A DNA stretch of 59,810 nucleotides, taken from a virus. Taxonomy: Duplodnaviria > Caudoviricetes. This document shows positions 55,908-59,810 of the stretch, one piece after another (the stretch's first letter is position 1; every line of letters starts with the position of its first letter). The notes beneath the pieces were generated by a model. That model saw only the letters and a list, made by a program, of their open reading frames with translations, was not told the origin of the DNA and did no database searches. Position numbers and translations under genes: made by a program. The DNA is taken from the IMG/VR virus record IMGVR_UViG_3300035182_000400, positions 1 through 59,810 of that record; one strand, 5' to 3'.

Positions 55908-57104
55908 TTACAATGACTTTAAAACTGTAATCTGGAATGCGAAGTCAGACTCAGCTGGATAATATACTGGATTCATAGTACCAGAGACGTTTTCCAATAT
56001 ATTCCCATTGATGTTCATCATTAAGAAACCTCTAAATCTAGGCAAATAACCTCTCGGTATTGTGAAATTTGTATTAGGATAAAAGTAATTATCTAAAACT
56101 AAGTTCACACCTGGAACTGACTTAACTGCATTAATTAAATCAATCCATTCAATCACTTCATCCTGCTTCCAGAATCTCCAATCCACTACCTTACTTAATG
56201 CTATCTGACATTGTTTTCTGACTTCATCGATAGAATAAGAATTATCAATATCTACTCTACAACTTATATCAATAGCAAAATAAGGCGTGTTTTTTAATTT
56301 TATACCATAGTTTTGTAATCCATCTGGCTTTAATTCGCAAAGGCTCAAATACTGTTCTGCTTTAACTAATATGTTAGCTAATTCTGAAACAGTGAAATCT
56401 ACTCCATTTACAGATGCTATACCAATACATAAATCTCCAACATTATCTAGTCCTTGATTAAAAACTCTAAGCACATTGCTATTGTATTTTCTAAAGACTT
56501 GTTCAAGATAAGATATTGTTGTTCTTGCTAGAACATTAATCTCATCTTTTATCCTCATTCTGAATAAATCATCATCCTCGAAATTTCGACCGCCAGTCAT
56601 AGAAAATTCATTTATGACATATTCATGACCTGAAGGAACAGGAGTCACAGAATTTACGGTTAAAGCATCCACATTAGTGCTTATCCCAGTATTTTGACTA
56701 GAAACCTTAACATATGTATAACCTTCTGATGGTATCGTAGTTGATTCTACAACATCGAATTTTTGTCCACTTCCTGAAAAGTAGTGAGTTCCAGGCAAAT
56801 AAACTGTTCCTATTGCTCCTACAACTCTTACAAAGCCACTGCTTTTTAGTGCACCTTGTCTTGGAGCAACACCTTTCAATTCTGCTAAGGTGTCCAGATA
56901 TTGACCTACTGCACTATCAGGAAACAAATGTGCTTCTATTACTGCTACATCCTTTAGAGTTTTTTGTGCTAGTTTAGCAACGCCATATGCGATTCCATTA
57001 ACAACCGAACCTGGCGACACCTTAGTTATCTTGTCGGTTTGGTTGAGCAAAGTTTCCGAAAAAATTTGCTTCAATTCTTCTACTGTCGTTATTTTAGTTA
57101 TCAT
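55908..57104 (-). CDS. Baseplate J-like wedge protein
   Basis: GSV...AVGQYLDTLA...GVAPR...GGRNFEDDDLFRMRI...VPGV. Confidence 0.9.
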   Translation of the reverse strand: MITKITTVEELKQIFSETLLNQTDKITKVSPGSVVNGIAYGVAKLAQKTLKDVAVIEAHLFPDSAVGQYLDTLAELKGVAPRQGALKSSGFVRVVGAIGTVYLPGTHYFSGSGQKFDVVESTTIPSEGYTYVKVSSQNTGISTNVDALTVNSVTPVPSGHEYVINEFSMTGGRNFEDDDLFRMRIKDEINVLARTTISYLEQVFRKYNSNVLRVFNQGLDNVGDLCIGIASVNGVDFTVSELANILVKAEQYLSLCELKPDGLQNYGIKLKNTPYFAIDISCRVDIDNSYSIDEVRKQCQIALSKVVDWRFWKQDEVIEWIDLINAVKSVPGVNLVLDNYFYPNTNFTIPRGYLPRFRGFLMMNINGNILENVSGTMNPVYYPAESDFAFQITVLKSL

Positions 57105-58033
57105 ATAACTGCTGTTTTTATAATCAATAAGTTGAATTTAGTATTGACTTCAAAATCTACAAATAAATCTCCATTATCATTAGATAAACCTCTCACCCTA
57201 AAATCCTTAAATAAATCGTCTGAGCTGAATGATTTTGTAATTTCTCTTACAATTGAAGGATAATTCAATTGAGAATAATTTGAACCTTTGTATATTGAGC
57301 CATTTAATCCTAGACTAGGAAATTCTGGAATATCACCCTTTTCTAATTGCGATAATATGTCTACAGATTGATAAACAGTATCTTTGTAATCTAAAACAAC
57401 TAAATCTTCTTCAACTGAATCAAAAGTTAATAATTTATTCAAATCTTTGCCGTAAATTTTTTCACCGATTGTGTTATCAATCATAGATGTTACCAAGTTA
57501 TTCTGAAATGAGTCATTCCTAAGTTCTAAGTCAGTTCCGCCATCTATATCCCAATCCACCTCTCTTAAATCGTTGTCTAATGCTATCTGTTGAGATGAAT
57601 TTTGATAATTCACATCTCTCATAACATTTCTTGCTACATCCTCTAATGTCTCATTAGCAGACATTTGATATTGAAATACAAAACCTCTACTTGTTTTTCC
57701 TTTGACTATACTTGACCTCAAATATTTAGAAAGTTTTTGTGTTCTTTGTAATGACGTCTTTAACACTTCAGCCATATCAAGTAAGTCCCAAAAATCTGCT
57801 GTAACCATCAAATGTTTTTTCTCCTTAAAAATAGAAGTCAATCTGATTGATTCACGTTCTAAATTATCTAATCCAACAAAATATTTCTTATCAATGAATT
57901 TTAAATCTCCATTATAAAATTTTTCTATTTTAGGATAACCTACTTCAAAGAATCTCTTTGTAGCGTAAAAAAAGTTAGTTATATCATAACCACTTAATTT
58001 ATTGAATTTTTCTATTGTTTTTACATCAGCCAT
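57101..58033 (-). CDS. Baseplate protein (LysM-like plus gp25-like)
   Basis: ETLEDVA...IALDNDL; KGDIPEFPSLG...SDDLF. Confidence 0.65.
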   Translation of the reverse strand: MADVKTIEKFNKLSGYDITNFFYATKRFFEVGYPKIEKFYNGDLKFIDKKYFVGLDNLERESIRLTSIFKEKKHLMVTADFWDLLDMAEVLKTSLQRTQKLSKYLRSSIVKGKTSRGFVFQYQMSANETLEDVARNVMRDVNYQNSSQQIALDNDLREVDWDIDGGTDLELRNDSFQNNLVTSMIDNTIGEKIYGKDLNKLLTFDSVEEDLVVLDYKDTVYQSVDILSQLEKGDIPEFPSLGLNGSIYKGSNYSQLNYPSIVREITKSFSSDDLFKDFRVRGLSNDNGDLFVDFEVNTKFNLLIIKTAVI

Positions 58034-58774
58034 TTAGAAAGATATTAAATCATTAACTAATTGTGCTTTAGTCTTAAAGACGCCACCAGCTGTTAGATTA
58101 TTGAATACGGTATTTGCTTGCTTGTTCAGCTTAGCATTAGTGAGAATGTTCTTCAAAGCCTTATCACTATCAAATCCTATTAATTGTCTAACATCACCAA
58201 GAGCACGAATATCAAGATTGTAATTCCACATAGTGTTATTCTCCATGCTCTGAGTGAACTGAAAATTCATAACTTCTATAATGAACTGTTGATTGAAGGT
58301 TAGATTATATAAAATCAAGAATTTATGATTAGTAGAACCTTTAACGTTTGATTCCGCAGTTTCTTGACTTTGTAATATCATATCTTCCAACAACTTTGTC
58401 ACTCCATACCCAGTCTTTACATTTAAATCATAATCTTTCAGTTTTTTATCATCTTCATCCTTATTTATCAATAATCTGAATTTTCTACCAAAAGTTCCTT
58501 GAATTGACATTCCATATGCTTGAAATGCATCTGTATACTGAGTAAAGTATGCATGCCCTGTTTTCTTAATATTCAACGGTGACTGTCTATTTATAGATAT
58601 TGCAGTAGGCATAACTGGAAAATGCATTATCTTCAACGTATTGAATTGGCTATCTACTAATTCTAAAGAAAGAGCATAATATTCAAAATCATTAGGATTT
58701 TTTGCATGTAGTGCTACCCTTCCCTCAGTTACGGCAAGTTCAGTTACTTTCCTTCTTACAGATTCTACAGACAT
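58034..58774 (-). CDS. Tail or baseplate hub (tube-initiator-like) protein
   Basis: FPVMPTAISI...IKKT...IQGTFG...WNYNL. Confidence 0.6.
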   Translation of the reverse strand: MSVESVRRKVTELAVTEGRVALHAKNPNDFEYYALSLELVDSQFNTLKIMHFPVMPTAISINRQSPLNIKKTGHAYFTQYTDAFQAYGMSIQGTFGRKFRLLINKDEDDKKLKDYDLNVKTGYGVTKLLEDMILQSQETAESNVKGSTNHKFLILYNLTFNQQFIIEVMNFQFTQSMENNTMWNYNLDIRALGDVRQLIGFDSDKALKNILTNAKLNKQANTVFNNLTAGGVFKTKAQLVNDLISF

Positions 58775-58775
58775 T

Positions 58776-59234
58776 TTAGTTCCAATTAGTTACTACACCA
58801 GACGAATTATTAATAGCTGTACCTGTCCTGAACCATACATCTATTATATCTGATAATTTACTAGCTACATCCTCACTAGAACCACCACTTAATCCTATCA
58901 TGAAGGCTGGAGTTAGGACTATTGGAATTGGAGGAACAACTCCTGTAAAAGTCGGATTCATTCCTGTTGCAATAACAGACGCATAAGATATTAAGCCATT
59001 TACAAAACCTTGTTCGCCCAAGGCTGGAACTGTATTTAAATGTGCTTGTAAAGATGTTTTGGCTGCTGAAGATGTAGTAGATAATGGTATTAAAGAAGAA
59101 GCATATTGGTTTATAGCGTCAGCCCATCTAAGTGATGCCTCAGAAGAGTTTTCTGGAAACCCTTCATGTATAGGACTGCTAGAATCTATAATCTTCGTTA
59201 TTTGTAATTTTAAATTCTCTTTTATTAATGGCAT
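58776..59234 (-). CDS. Hypothetical baseplate-associated protein
   Basis: 152-aa ORF downstream of the spike gene. Confidence 0.55.
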   Translation of the reverse strand: MPLIKENLKLQITKIIDSSSPIHEGFPENSSEASLRWADAINQYASSLIPLSTTSSAAKTSLQAHLNTVPALGEQGFVNGLISYASVIATGMNPTFTGVVPPIPIVLTPAFMIGLSGGSSEDVASKLSDIIDVWFRTGTAINNSSGVVTNWN

Positions 59235-59235
59235 T

Positions 59236-59808
59236 TTAATCCGTATTTGTTAATTTTGACAAAAAGTCATCGAACTTTCCTCTCACAGCTTCGAATTCAG
59301 CTATATTTATAGGAGTTCCACTTGGACCAAAAGCAGTAGGTACAGTTAATTTACCTAAGGCATCTATTATGGAATCAAGATGACCTTTCAATGTTGAACC
59401 CTTAACTAAAGGCTCTTTGCCTTCTCCAAATTTAATAACGCTAGAATCATCTGCTTTGACTTGTATGAATTCTTTGTTTATTATTACCTTATTATTAAAT
59501 TGGTCTTCGTAAAGTAATCTGTCTATTGTTTCATCACTACTTCCATTCATCACTACTCTGGCAGTTACAGTACCGTCAGTTTTACAAACAGCAGTTTCGA
59601 TTGTTTTATCAGATATTTGAACTATGCGTCCAGTAGCATTAATAAGAATTTCTCCATTTACTTTCAGTTTGAATTTAGAATCATTATTCCTTGAATTCAA
59701 TATGATTTCTATCTCGCCATTTTTATCTACTTCTAGTGCATTTACAGAAATTGTTATTTTGCCTTTCTTGCCATCTAAATCTAAATCAACAACATTTCCG
59801 TTTACTCC
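59236..59808 (-). CDS. Baseplate central spike (gp5/gpV-like), 5'-truncated by window edge
   Basis: Frame stays open to the window end; beta-repeat body and C-terminal EPLVKG...LTVPTAFGPSGTPIN. Confidence 0.7.
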   Translation of the reverse strand, partial: GVNGNVVDLDLDGKKGKITISVNALEVDKNGEIEIILNSRNNDSKFKLKVNGEILINATGRIVQISDKTIETAVCKTDGTVTARVVMNGSSDETIDRLLYEDQFNNKVIINKEFIQVKADDSSVIKFGEGKEPLVKGSTLKGHLDSIIDALGKLTVPTAFGPSGTPINIAEFEAVRGKFDDFLSKLTNTD

Positions 59809-59810
59809 TC

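Overview
About 60 kb of AT-rich, densely coding DNA from a large lytic tailed phage with a contractile tail. Essentially every real gene lies on the minus strand. The host is probably a Bacteroidota member, judged from TTG-N19-TAnnTTTG-like promoters, A-rich non-Shine-Dalgarno initiation regions, a Bacteroidota-type lipoprotein and a signal peptide followed by Gln. In transcription order (right to left): (1) baseplate and tail genes (spike, wedge, baseplate J, HxH-needle fibre); (2) a self-contained replication and recombination block (SF2 helicase, DnaB-like helicase, primase, sigma-like proteins, family-C DnaE, gp32-like SSB, RecA, SbcCD, RuvC-like resolvase, UvrD, RNase H); (3) a long accessory region (RmlC, acyl carrier protein, Tad2-like sponge, J-domain protein, DenV-like protein, lipoprotein, degenerate tRNA, macrodomain, dUTPase, DnaQ); (4) terminase large subunit, probable internal head proteins, a collagen-like fibre, a permuted NlpC/P60 enzyme and an AAA ATPase. 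Main highlights: a candidate 5-hydroxymethyl-uracil DNA pathway built around a DnaE polymerase (dUMP-hydroxymethylase-type TS, HD phosphohydrolase, DUF3310); a shared N-terminal leader with repeated [LIM]-x-K-[SAG] motifs in probable head cargo proteins; a repeated early-promoter cassette containing a palindrome; a second recurrent upstream motif (RCAWAGTT); a Tad2-like anti-defence fusion; and apparent strong GATC avoidance. All calls come from reading motifs by eye; no database searches were run.
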